Origin: Mytilus trossulus
Taxonomy: Eukaryota
Length of the DNA: 64,000 nucleotides
Direction: 5' to 3'
NCBI RefSeq assembly: GCF_036588685.1
Contig: NC_086374.1
Coordinates: 1,426,001-1,490,000, forward strand
Position numbers and translations under genes: made by a program. Each line of letters opens with the position of its first letter. The stretch's first letter is position 1. This document shows, piece after piece, positions 49,966-62,235 of the stretch. The notes under the pieces were generated by a model that did no database searches, was not told the DNA's origin, and was given only the letters and a program-made list of their open reading frames with translations.

Positions 49966-52900
49966 ATGAATAGTTATATTTCAGTAGCTCTTGTTGTTAT
50001 CTTTGCTGGATGTTCTATTGCATATCCAATCCATGCATCCTGTAAAATACAATGGTAAGAATATGTAATTTTTTTTAAATATATTTTACTTTTTATCTTT
50101 TTTAAGATGGCATCTTTTTCCGATACACAGACATTTTGTTATTTGACTTTTGGTGTTTTGTTGCTTTTCATAGTGATACAGATTATAACACAACGTTGAC
50201 TGCTGAACACATTGTTTGACATATTTACCTAGCATGTATGTTTGTTTTGTTCAATCGTCGTTGTCAATATAATAGAAGTTTATGCGACTGTCATCAAGTG
50301 AGAGGTTAATCGAGCTATAAAACCGGGTTTAATCCACTATTTTCTACATAAGAAAATACATGTTCAAAGTAAGGCATATGCCAGTTGTTATAATTTTGTT
50401 TGATGTGTTTAAAAAAGCGATAATGTCTATTTTATTGGGACATTTAAGTCATACTCAGGTTTGCAACGTTTAAATGAAGTTTAACTGTCATAATTTCCAA
50501 AAATTCTCTAACACCACGAAAGCATGGATTGTTTATCATTTCTGATCGATAGAAATATTATCCACAGTTATAGCTCGCGTTTCGTAAACCATCATGTTAC
50601 AGTATGCATAAAACGAGCACAATAATATCTACAACAAATTAGGTCTTGTTCCTCGGAACTCTGTTTCTTATCTCGCAAGGTCGTCGGATTATAAGTAGGA
50701 TTTGTCTTATAAATAAACTCATCATAGATACCAGGACTATTTTTAGTATATATGCCAGACGCGCGTTTCGTCTACAAAAGACTCATCAGTGACGCTCGAA
50801 TCCAAAAAAGTTTAAAAGGCCAAACAAATTACGAAGTTGAAAAGCATTGAGAACCACAATTCCTATAAGTTTTGCCAAATACAGCTAAGGAAATCTATGC
50901 CTGAGGTAGAAAAGCCTTAGTATTTCAAATAATTAAAACAAATTGTAAACAGTAAATTTATAATAAATATAACCATATCGCTGACAATTCACGTCAGCAC
51001 AAAAGTGCTGACTACTGGACTAAACGTAACCACACTCATTTAGTACATCGTACCACAAACTAGATCTCCTGTTCAAGAACTTTTTTTTCTTATTTTGCAA
51101 GGTCGTCGGATTACAAGGATATTGTTTATAAAACGTACCAAATATTCCATTATCTTAACAAGGAATATTTATACCTTGTATTTTACTCGAACATTGATTT
51201 AAAAGGGTTCAGATTTTAAAAGTATATCTAATTAATGGGTCCTATATTTAGATTATATAGTACTTTTTAATAATTTCGAATTCAAATGCAATGCAACATT
51301 TAGATTCTAAGATCTATTCTAACAGACCTAGCTTGAAAATATTCCGTTCTTAAGATTCAAATTGCCCTTTAATTAAAATCATTTGATTTACAGGATATTA
51401 CCATATTTAAGACGGAAAATATTGTATAAGTTTGTTAATTCAGAAGACCATTTAATAGTATATTCTCCATTATCTCTGAAAGAAACTTCCCAATTAAATT
51501 ATGAAAACAGTTTATATTCTGTAATTTGCTAGGACATTTGGAATCACCTGTGACATGGTAAAGGAAAAAATCAAGAGCCAGATCTCCACCTGGTCTACAG
51601 CAGATAACTGTCCAAATGGAGCAGGAGAAAAATGTCTGTATACAGTAAGTATTGTCAGTGATTAGAATCGAAGGACAAGTATTTTACCGCAATGAGTTCA
51701 TAAACATGTACTTAATAAATTGTAATTTAATCCGTTAGGTATGTTCTATACATTTTGAGGTCAGTATGTTGGGGTGAATATATATTAATCAAGATGAGGC
51801 AACAGTAGTATAACACTATTCAAAAGTCATAAATCGATAGAGAGAAAACAGATCCGAGTTATTAACAAAAACCAAGGAAACACATAAACTGTAACTGTAT
51901 AAACATCTTTAGCTCTGGTATATTCATTGTTTGTTTTATGTAACAATTGTACTAAAATGAAACAAAATGGGTCGATACGCTAAAAATCTGAAAAAAGGTG
52001 CATTGCATGTAGAGTTTGTGAATCAGCAGCTCAATTTATTTTATGGACTTCACCTTTTTTAATTTGCCTTGAAGTTCAGTTTTGTTTTTGGTACTTTATT
52101 CAACAGAATGTGTGTTTAATTTATATATCTTAAAACACGTATTAATTACCTTTATCCCCCGCGCTGACTGTCGGTTATAATATCGAATTGACCGCCATTG
52201 ATCTAATGATGCTTGACTAATCTGTACTAAATGAATACTATAGTTGTTATCCATTCGGTCGATGTTTCTGAGTTTTGATTTTGCCATTTGATTTGGGTTT
52301 CTACTATTTTCAATTTTCCTCGGAGTTCGGTATTTTTTGTTATTTAATTTTTGTTTGTAACGACATGGACGCTATCACTGTTCTGTTCTCTAATTGGACG
52401 AAAATGTAATATCTGATGTTTTAACATTCGTTTGTAAGAAAAGCCAGTGCAAACCATATCAATGCAAATTATTTTTACAACAAGTGTCTGTATCGTATTT
52501 CTATTTAGTGCCCCTTAAACCCCCTTGATATAACTATCTAATATAAATAGTAATCTGTTAAAAAATATCAACACAAAAAAACGTTTAAGAAGTTCAAAGA
52601 AATATAATGTTTAAAAGCACAAAAACAAAGGTCTATAATACAGAACAGACAGTAGGGTCAACTCATTGCTATCATATAATAAGTTTTTCCAGTTATACTG
52701 TCGGCATCTTGTTTATATTGGCATAAAAAACCTCGTTGACCATACGTGGTTAAGACATATTCCATATATATTAATATAAATGAACTCATCAAATATACCA
52801 GGCTTATGATAGTGTACGTCAGACGCGTGATTCGTCTACGAATCATCACAGTTATTGAGTTTATACTTTTAAATCATTATGTTCATATACAATGGTGTTT

Positions 52901-55365
52901 TCGCATAAATAAGTGCATATATTTATATATCATAAATTATTTGAATTGGTTTGAATAAAATTAAATATAGCCAGTTACTACAAAAGAAAATGCCTGTAAC
53001 AATTCAGGAATATGGCAGTTACTTGTTAACCATTCGTTTGGTGTGTTAGAGCTTTTGATTTAGTTTGCCATTGTTTTATGGTCTGTCCGTTTTGAATTTC
53101 CCTCAGAGTTCGGTATTTTTGTTATCTTACTTTTTGAAATTTTAGTTTGTTGGTGAAACAAGTACAACTATCACAGCAAAACACTCGACACCAGTGAAGC
53201 ATTACCTTGATGATTTGACCTTCACGTTGACCGCAAGTAATAGTATGTGCAATGTAAAGGTAAGTCCAAGAGACACACAAATGAAATAGTGTAATATACT
53301 ACTTAAATAAAGGCAACTGTAGTATACTGCTGTTCAAAACTCATAAATCCATGGACAAAAAACAAAATCGGGGTAACAAACTAAAACTGAGGGAAATGCA
53401 TTTAACATTTTGCTATATTTAACACTAAAGCATTGATTTAATAAATCTTGATAATTTAATTTTGGATGTAACGCGTCTCCTGATTGGCTGACGTTATTTT
53501 GTTATGAGCTTAAAGACATAATTCAGTCATGTGACCGTGACGTCATCAACGTTTTTTTCATGTTTTTTTACGGTTTAAAATGGAATTTAGAATTAAATTA
53601 TAAGAAATGACTGTAATATTTTTCTGTCTATTCGAAATAACATAAAAAATGTGGTGCACACTGTTAAATAACCCGCTACGCGCGTTATTCAGAGTGCACC
53701 ACATTTTTTATGTTATTTCTTCATAGACAGAAAAAATATTACAGTCATTCCTTAATTGATCTAAGAAATGATATGCAAGGTGTATAAATGTAGAGTATTT
53801 CATAGGGAAAAAATATACAAAACTTTTTGAAATGTCAGAGAAAAAGTCAGAACTAAGTTTTTTGGTTTAAGGCTTGTCACAAATAAACTCATTATCGATA
53901 CAAGGACTAAATTTTGTATATACGCCAGACGCGCGTGAATATCTTATCTTAATGATATGTTTGCATCCTTTTTATGTCGAGATCAAATTCCAATCGTAAA
54001 TCACTTGAGGTCATGTCGATGGTAGATTGGATGGTCACCAGACCTAAACGAGAGACGAAATATATAAACGGGACGTATGAATTTATACATCAAAACAAAA
54101 ATGTCAATTTCATGTCAGAACATAAAAACAACAAAAAACATACGCTTATGAAATGTTGTTACTTTATGGCAAGTTCGAGCATTGTTAGTTGATTCAAAGC
54201 TTTTTCGGCAATTACTATTTAATATATAGAATGGTATTAATCAAATTCGAGACTGTGAGTCAATTTAATGGGCATGAATTGCTAGGTAGTTGGAAAACAT
54301 ATCTTTATATCTAGGTATAAACATACACATGATATGGATACCTGATGTCGCTTATAAGGTTTCGATTATTGTGTCCATAAGGTATCTTTATCCATGATAT
54401 CTGTAAATATATTGCTTACTTAGATCTATTTATATAAATTACTGTTTAAAGATCTTTAAATTGTAGGGTTACTCCACATCAGAAACATGGTATGCTCACC
54501 TTGACTACAGCACAAACTATTGTAACCTCAACAACCTGATCACAGGTATGTTCATATCCTAATGTAAATTCGTATGAACAGACTTGAATTTCACTTATTA
54601 CACACGTTGCAAGTGTATAACAAAAACTACTATGTAATTTCAAAAAGGAAAAAACACATTATCATCGAAAACAGAACGAGTGAAACAAAATGACATTGTC
54701 CTGACTTGGTACATACTTTTCCCGAAGGGTATTGTGGGTTAAACCTGGTCTTATATCTAGCTTTAAAACCTCCTTGTTGTATGTCAGAAAATGCAGATTT
54801 TTTTAATCGTATGAAATGTGTTCCTGCGAGGTAAATGACAACAAAGGGTAGAAAGGAATGTCAGTATTCGAGCCTTAGTATCAGATTTGTTTAAATAAAG
54901 GCAACAGTAGTATACCACTGTTCAAATCTCATAAATCCATGGACAAGAAACAAAATCGGGGTAACAAACTAAAACTGAGGGAAACGCATTAAATATAAGA
55001 GGAGAACAACGACACAACACTAAAATGTAACACACACAGAAACGGATCAAGCATCAGACAAAATCCCACGAGAATAACGAATATAACATCAAAACCAATT
55101 ACATGAATTTGTGATAGACAAGTACCGTGATACGTCTTATCGCAATGTGAATTTACACTAAAAATAAGAGAAAACAAACGACGCAACGTTAAAATGTAAC
55201 ACACAGAAACGAACTAATGTATCCTTAATGAGTTATGGTATCAAAGAATTCATGTTTCTTACTTTTATTTAAGGATCCGGACTGGACAAGGTTAACGGAT
55301 ACACCGAGGTTACCAGTGATAGTGTGTGCACACAATATTCCAGCAAAAATTGCGAAAAATATTAA
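49966..55365 (+). CDS. Paralog C: secreted 161-aa Cys-rich protein, close duplicate of B; exons 49966-50054, 51533-51644, 53146-53259, 54467-54545, 55274-55365
   Basis: MNSYISVALVVIFAGCSIAYPIHASCKIQW|TFGITCDMVKEKIKSQISTWSTADNCPNGAGEKCLYT|FVGETSTTITAKHSTPVKHYLDDLTFTLTASNSMCNVK|GYSTSETWYAHLDYSTNYCNLNNLITG|SGLDKVNGYTEVTSDSVCTQYSSKNCEKY*. Confidence 0.94.
50751..50797 (-). ncRNA. Minimal type I hammerhead ribozyme with intact core, inside a ~310-bp Penelope/retrozyme-type repeat (~50710-51020)
   Basis: Minus strand: GAGCGTCA-CTGATGA-GTC(TTTTGTA)GAC-GAAA-CGCGCG-TC-TGGCATA. CUGAUGA and GAAA boxes, stem II, palindromic stem III, GUC cleavage triplet. Confidence 0.85.
53430..53757. mobile_element. 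Hairpin-bearing non-autonomous element, same architecture as 10156-10560 but in opposite orientation
   Basis: ~70-bp inverted arms spanning 53601-53754 centred on CCGCTACGCG (minus strand GCGTAGC); CTGATTGG and TGACGTCA motifs in the body. Confidence 0.75.
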
Positions 55366-57882
55366 ATCATTTGGTCTAATTGGTGTAATTAATAATGTTA
55401 TTATATAAGTATTAAAGTATTTAGTAAGATTATTACAATTAATGTTATTATATAAATAATAAGATGTGGTATGAGTGCAAATGAGATACTAGTAACTCAT
55501 TCCAATTTACAATGTAAAAATGGTCAAAGTATTACCTTCAACTCGGAGCCTTAGCTCACACCGAATCGAAAGCCCCAACATGACTAGCGTAAAACAATTC
55601 AAACAGGAAAATCAACGGTCTAATTTACATAAAAATGAGAAACCAGAAACACATACGAACCACATTAAAAACGACAGCCAGTGAAAAACAGGTTACAGAC
55701 AGATAATGATGATATGTCAATATAAAATCTTTCATATTGTAAATTTCAATATGTAGTCTTGAGTAACTAAGTAAATGACGAAAACAGTAGTATGTCAATG
55801 TTTGGATCTATCAATTCAATTAGGAAGAAACGAAAAAGATAACAAAAATAAACCTGAAGAAAGTTTCAATCCGAAAGGAGCAAGACCGGGTGATTCGATG
55901 TTATTGTCGTCTCTTTCTGTGCATACGGCACCCGCTATGCAAATTCATTCAGTCAAACTGTATCAAACGGTAACAGAACGTGTATAACAGGCTAAGTTAC
56001 AATTTCAATCTTTCTTTGATAAACATAACTCTGATGGATTCAGTTTTTTTTTTAATAGAAAGGAAATTCACAAAAAACACTTAGGTAGGTTAACGCACCA
56101 CGACGGAGCAGACGGTACATTACTGTTAATAAATAGGAATTTGTTAGTTTAAAAGTCGAATTCATCACGTTTGACATAGTTTCTTCTTTTAAGTTGTCCA
56201 CCTTTGTCAAAAACAGGCGAACGATGCCAAAGCGATATTCAAACAAAAGTCGACAATAATTCTAAAAACAATGAAAGACAAATTGGTATCATCACTGTTG
56301 TTAAACTTCAGTTATCTTTACACACAGTGTGTGTTTACTGATCAAATTTGGTTGTTCACATTTGTTCTCTGTCTTTTATAATTTTCATGACAATGGCGAA
56401 TAACTGCAACCACCAGCCAAGTATTTATTTTTCAATTTTATGTTTTGCTAACATCATAAACATGGATTTCTGTTTTTGTAAATTGAATCAAACGTTAAAA
56501 TAAAATAACTGCAAAAGGATAAAAAAAAAATCATTATATAAAGTATACATATATATTTTCCCCGAGTGAGTTGAAAGCTTAGTTCATTATAACTGATAAA
56601 TTCATCAAGGGATGCTTTTAAAAAGGTTTTATTTCACAAAATACCTTTATACTGATTACTGAGCTAAATATACCCTTAGGGATTATAAATAAAACATAAT
56701 TGTAGGGTAATAAAGATGCGAGACATACCAGAGTAGATCAGAGTAACAATCAAAACTCGAAGAAACTCAAAATGTCATGGCAAAAAAATGAAAAACATGC
56801 CAAAAGACAAGCCGCAATCTAAACTGAATGATAAAGAAATTATATGGTAAACAAACACGAAACGAAAATTACCAAAAGTGTCAAGAAGGTTTAGTAGATC
56901 CTACTCGACTTATGACACGGTCAGTGTGTTTCAAACAACATTATATCGATGTGGCTGCCAAATGTGCGATAAATAAAGGCAACAATAGTATACCGCTGTT
57001 CAAAATACATAAATCCATGGACAAAAAACAAAATCGGGGTAACAAACCAAAACCGAGGGATCGATCAATTGCGAAAACATAGAAGTCTTGGTTTGGTAGA
57101 TAACGTCGTTTCAGTGGATGCTGGGCAAATCAAATGTCATCTACATTTCGTACTTTATAAACTTATGATTAAAGGGATAATGTGAACCAAAATCAAGTAA
57201 TAAAAATATTAAAAGAATACTTGGAATATGTACAAGTACATACAATAACTGTAAAGATACCACGGATTTGGGTTTTTTTCTCAATCGATTTATGAATTTC
57301 GAACAGCGATATACTACTGTTGCCTTTATTTATGATATCTTAAATCTTAAAGTCCATTAAAACAGACAACAATCTGGTAATCAATCTTGAATGACAATAC
57401 GAAAGCAGACTTCGATATATGATTGATTAATTGAGAGATAGATAGCTTGAAATCCCCAAGTAAATGCATATGGTATTGGCTTTGTTCATTGTTGAAGGCC
57501 GTACGGTGACCTTTAGTTGTTAATTTCTGTGTCATTTTGGTCTTGTGTGGATAGTTGTCTCATTGGCAATCATACCACATCTTCTTTTTTTATACATTAA
57601 TATATAGATTACAAGGCACTCTCCTCCGACAACAGCACAGAGCATAACAACGTTTAAAATGTTCTCATTCTAAACCTGACAATACTGGGCATTTGGAGTT
57701 TAAAATATAGTGAGTTGCACGATTATGCGAGGGACATTATTTCCCTCAGCTAGGTAACACCAGCCAAGGACACAATATTTCTGTGCTAACTTGGATTATC
57801 AATGATACGGTCATTTTCTGTAATTGATGAGAACGTTGAAATCAAGGGTTTTCTATCATCAGTCAATAATGATAGATGCCAG

Positions 57883-58181
57883 GGACCTAGATTTCTAAAG
57901 TATCGTAATCTATGTCATAAAAGAGAGACGAAAGATACCAAAGGGACAGTCAAATATATAGTCATAATATATATCTTAGGACATATTTTATGATCATCTT
58001 ATGACCATCATATGATATGTCTTAGGATTTAAATCAAAGCTGTCTTAAGAGAGTCATGGCTATGATGCACTTATGACTGTCATAAGTGAACATTATTTTC
58101 TACTAGTTACTATTCAGCTAACTGACCATCAATATTCATAAGACATGTCTTAGTCATAAGCTACTTTTGAAAACCAGGCCC
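57883..58181. mobile_element. PIF/Harbinger-like MITE
   Basis: CAG|GGACCTAGATTTCTAAAGT ... ACTTTTGAAAACCAGGCCC|CAG: imperfect TIRs and a 3-bp TSD. Confidence 0.55.
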
Positions 58182-58320
58182 CAGTCACCTCATTTGACAT
58201 ATATAACGTTAAGAAATTTTAGTTTTCAACTTTTTTCCACCATATTAGTCTCGTTTAGATGAAGTGTGTGTCTGGTGTGTTAAAATACTAGTGGTAGATA
58301 CCAAAGGTATTGAAAACTTA

Positions 58321-58900
58321 CAAGTCATAGACAAAAACACAACTAAGTCATAGACAATAACACAACCAAGTCATAGACAAAAACACAACCAAGTCATAGA
58401 CAATAACACAACCAAGCCATAGACAAAAACACAACCAAGTCATAGACAATAACACAACCAAGTCATAGACAAAAACACAACCAAGTCATAGACAATAACA
58501 CAACCAAGTCATAGACAAAAACACAACCAAGTCATAGACAATAACACAACCAAGTCATAGACAAAAACACAACCAAGTCATAGACAATAACACAACCAAG
58601 CCATAGACAAAAACACAACCAAGTCATAGACAATAACACAACCAAGTCATAGACAAAAACACAACCAAGTCATAGACAATAACACAACCAAGTCATAGAC
58701 AATAACACAACCAAGTCATAGACAAAAACACAACCAAGTCATAGACAATAACACAACCAAGTCAAAGACAATAACACAACCAAGTCATAGACAATAACAC
58801 AACCACGTCATAGACAAAAACACAACCAAGTCATAGACAATAACACAACCAAGTCATAGACAATAACACAACCAAGTCATAGACAAAAACACAAACAAGT
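58321..58900 (+). repeat. 23-bp minisatellite (CAAGTCATAGACAA(A/T)AACACAAC), ~25 copies
   Basis: Period 23; A and T variants mostly alternate. Confidence 0.96.
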
Positions 58901-58941
58901 CCACTATTACATAAATTTTAAGCCTGGTACCTTTTCTGACA

Positions 58942-59111
58942 TTTTTCTTTTTCTTCTTCTTCTTCTTTTTTTTTCTTCTCGGTCTTGTTCTTGTTCTTGT
59001 TCTTGTTCTTGTTCTTGTTCTTGTTGTTGTAGTTGTTCTTGCTTGTTTTTGTTGTTGTTCTTCTACTTCTTCTTGTTGCTGTCGTTGTTCTTGTTGTAGA
59101 TTGTTCTTCTT
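58942..59111 (+). repeat. (TTC)n/(TTCTTG)n/(TTG)n microsatellite abutting an assembly gap
   Basis: Low-complexity run followed by Ns. Confidence 0.92.
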
Positions 59112-59255
59112 NNNNNNNNNNNNNNNNNNNNNNNNNNNNNNNNNNNNNNNNNNNNNNNNNNNNNNNNNNNNNNNNNNNNNNNNNNNNNNNNNNNNNNNNN
59201 NNNNNNNNNNNNNNNNNNNNNNNNNNNNNNNNNNNNNNNNNNNNNNNNNNNNNNN
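59112..59255. other. Assembly gap (144 N)
   Basis: Run of N. Confidence 0.99.
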
Positions 59256-59689
59256 ATAGACACTCCGATAATTACATGCTGGTGCATACAATAACATTTT
59301 TTAATTTTTTACCTCAAATAAAACAGATAATAATTCTAAACATGTATTGATGCCAGAATGTTATGTTATTTACACATTGTTAATTTTAAATATCGGAGTT
59401 ATTCAGCAGCTATAAAGCTTTTATTTCCTGATGTCCATTTGTAGGCCAAAGTATTCTACACTAAAGATTTTCGACTTATGCAAGATCCAAGCAAAATATA
59501 ATCAATTTTGTCGGGTTATGCAGTAGCGTTCAACATCAAAGTTATAATAGAAACTTATTTGCAACAACCCTATGAACATAGCACAGAGGGTCCGGAAGGT
59601 TTTACTCTCTAAGGTAGAAGTCTACTCCTGTATTCGGAATATGTCAGATAATTGAATAACACTGATAATAAAAAAAAATACAAGTGTAG

Positions 59690-60595
59690 AAGATATTTTC
59701 GAATAGGAAAAGCAAACTAACATATTTGCAGACTTTTACGACACATAAGCAACCCCAGCAACAAATGAACGATTTAATGCAAAGTATATGGAGAAATGCG
59801 AATGTACATACTTCAACTCAGACAAGTATATATCAATCTAATATCAACGCAAAATAAAAGTCCAAAATTTACAGATGAAGAAATTAAAAATAGCCATTAG
59901 TTGGTCACTTTAGATATGCCGGTGGCACAATTTCTCCAGATATTAACAGTATCATAATGTCAAGGACAATATTTGATACATGTTATCTTCACAACAGGCG
60001 TTCCTACATCCAGTTCATAAAACAAAACAAAAATCCAACATTAACATCGAAATACAGAGGACTATCAGTTACCTCCGTTTTAGAGGAAATCTTTGAATAC
60101 GCATTTATAGAGAAATGATTCAATGTTTATAACCAGACAGAACTCCGATTCCGTTTTACAAAGAATCTCCCATGGTTTCTCGTATTTTTTTCTGAACTCA
60201 TGCTACATGCAAAACAACAAAAGAAAAACTTACATCTATCAACTCTTGGCATTCAAAAGGCCTTTTATTTGGTACATCATATGATTTTACTATAAAAATT
60301 ATTTTATGAAGTACCAGCAGATGTCAGGAAAGGTATTTAAACTCTACATTGTGATATGTCAACAGAATTAACATAGAATAATCACCCGGCATCATTATAA
60401 TAGAATAATCCCCCGGCATCAGTAAAATAAATCAAAAACCTTGAGTAAGACCATGAGGTGTCCTATCCACTCATTTCTATAATTTATATATTAATGATAT
60501 CAATGACTTGTCAGTAGAGGTAGACAAAAGAGCACTATCATGACTAACAATAGGACTATAATATTGTGGCAGGCCATAATGTGCAGATACTATTG
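59690..60595 (+). mobile_element. Decayed LINE reverse-transcriptase remnant
   Basis: KYRGLSVTSVLEEIFE, LGIQKAFYLVHH (cf. LDIxKAFD) and VRP*GVLSTHFYNLYIND (cf. GVRQGGVLS) in the expected order. Confidence 0.7.
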
Positions 60596-60807
60596 AACAC
60601 ACCGTATAGTCAGCTATCATGAAAAGGCCCCGATCAGACAATGTAAAAAAATTCAAACGAGAAAACTAACGGCCTTATTTATGTAAAAAAAATTAACGAA
60701 AAACAAATATGTAACACATAAACAACCGACAACCACTGAATTACAGGCTAAGACAATAATTGAGAATCCTAGTTATACAACAGAAAATATAACATGTTTC
60801 GTGTATA

Positions 60808-60966
60808 AAAGAGGGACGAAAGATACCAAAGGGACAGTCAAACTCATAAATCTAAAACAAACTGACAACGCCATGGCTAAAAATGAAAAAGACAAACAGA
60901 AAAACAATAGTACACATGACACAACATAGAAAACACATGACACAACATCAAAAACTAAAGAATAAA
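60808..60966 (-). mobile_element. 3' tail of the Penelope-like family seen at 12940-13477
   Basis: Reverse complement of 13340-13480. Confidence 0.85.
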
Positions 60967-61073
60967 CTTGCAGAAGTTAGTATTTTTACAATTTGATAAT
61001 CATAATAATTTTCGGTTTTGAATTACTTATAAATTTTATAATTTACTGCTATTCACATGGTATTAATTAAATT

Positions 61074-61580
61074 AAATAAACTCATCATAGATACCAGGAT
61101 TGGAATTTTATATTTACACAAGACGCGCGTTTCGTCTACAAAAGACGAGTTCATCAGTGACGCAATTCAAAGCTTTATTTATAGTCGGCACGCTCGAATA
61201 AAAAAGTGATAAAAGGCCAAAAAAAGTACGAAAAAACGGTAAAAACACAAAAATACTGAACTTCGAGGAAAATTCAAAAAGGAAAGTCCAAAATCAAAAG
61301 GCAAAATCAAAAGTCCAAACACATCAAACGAATGGATAACAACTGTCATATTCCTGACTTGGTACAGGCATTTTCTAATGTAGAAAATTGTGGATTGAAC
61401 CTGGTTTTATAGCTAGCTAAACCACTCACTTGTATGACAGTCGCATCAAATTCCATAACATTGTCAACGATGCGTGAACAAAACAAACATACTTAAAGAG
61501 TAAAAATGTCGAATAGGGGTACATCAGTCAACATTGTGTTATCATCTAAATCAACTACGAAGTTGAAGAGCATTGAAGAT
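61074..61580 (-). mobile_element. Hammerhead-bearing repeat with a disrupted core and a nested ~320-bp repeat (~61235-61555)
   Basis: GACGCGCGTTTCGTCTACAAAAGAC-GAGT-TCATCAGTGACGC; the element resumes at TACGAAGTTGAAGAGCATTGA after the insert. Confidence 0.7.
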
Positions 61581-61642
61581 CACTGATGCTGATATTCCAA
61601 CTGTGAATTTTGAGCATCATTTCATCTAAATTTATTCTTTAA

Positions 61643-62235
61643 GGTGGTATGGGTGTCTTTCGCCATCTTGGATTGTAAAAAACAGAGAATCTAAGGTCCA
61701 TATTTTCTATCAAATTAGCAAAATTTGATGCAAGAATGCAGATATGTCATGTGTTTTTAATTTTAAAAGATCCAATTTATAAGAATATAACTTATAAATA
61801 TAAATATGTGTACAAGTGTAGATTATTTTTGGTTGTTTTTAAATATTTTGAAATTGTCATTTTAAGGGGAGGTAACTCTAAAACAGTGCATTTTCTGTTG
61901 GATTGTTCATGGAATTTTCCTTCTTTGTATTTTAGCCGGAAAAAACGTACGGTGACCCTATCTTTTCTTTTAATATTATCAAAGCATTGTTTGAAAGCTA
62001 TATTTTCCTAATTTTATTTTACAATTCTATCATTTCGTTTAGTTTCTATTCACAAAATGGTGTTTTTTCCTGTATAATCCATACAAAATGTGTCATTTTG
62101 TCACGACCCGTAGCTTGAAAAAATGCACGGTGACCTATCATTTTTATAATATGTTTTAACATGTATCAATAGATACTACATTTTGGCAAAGTATGAACAA
62201 ATTCTATCATTTTTATTTTAGACTCCCATACCCCC
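61643..62235. mobile_element. Non-autonomous Kolobok-like DNA transposon
   Basis: TTAA|GGTGGTATGGGTGTCT ... AGACTCCCATACCCCC|TTAA. Confidence 0.78.

Noticed and set aside
58854-59350. ORFs with Q/E/T/R/K runs
   Set aside because: Translations of a microsatellite and an N gap.
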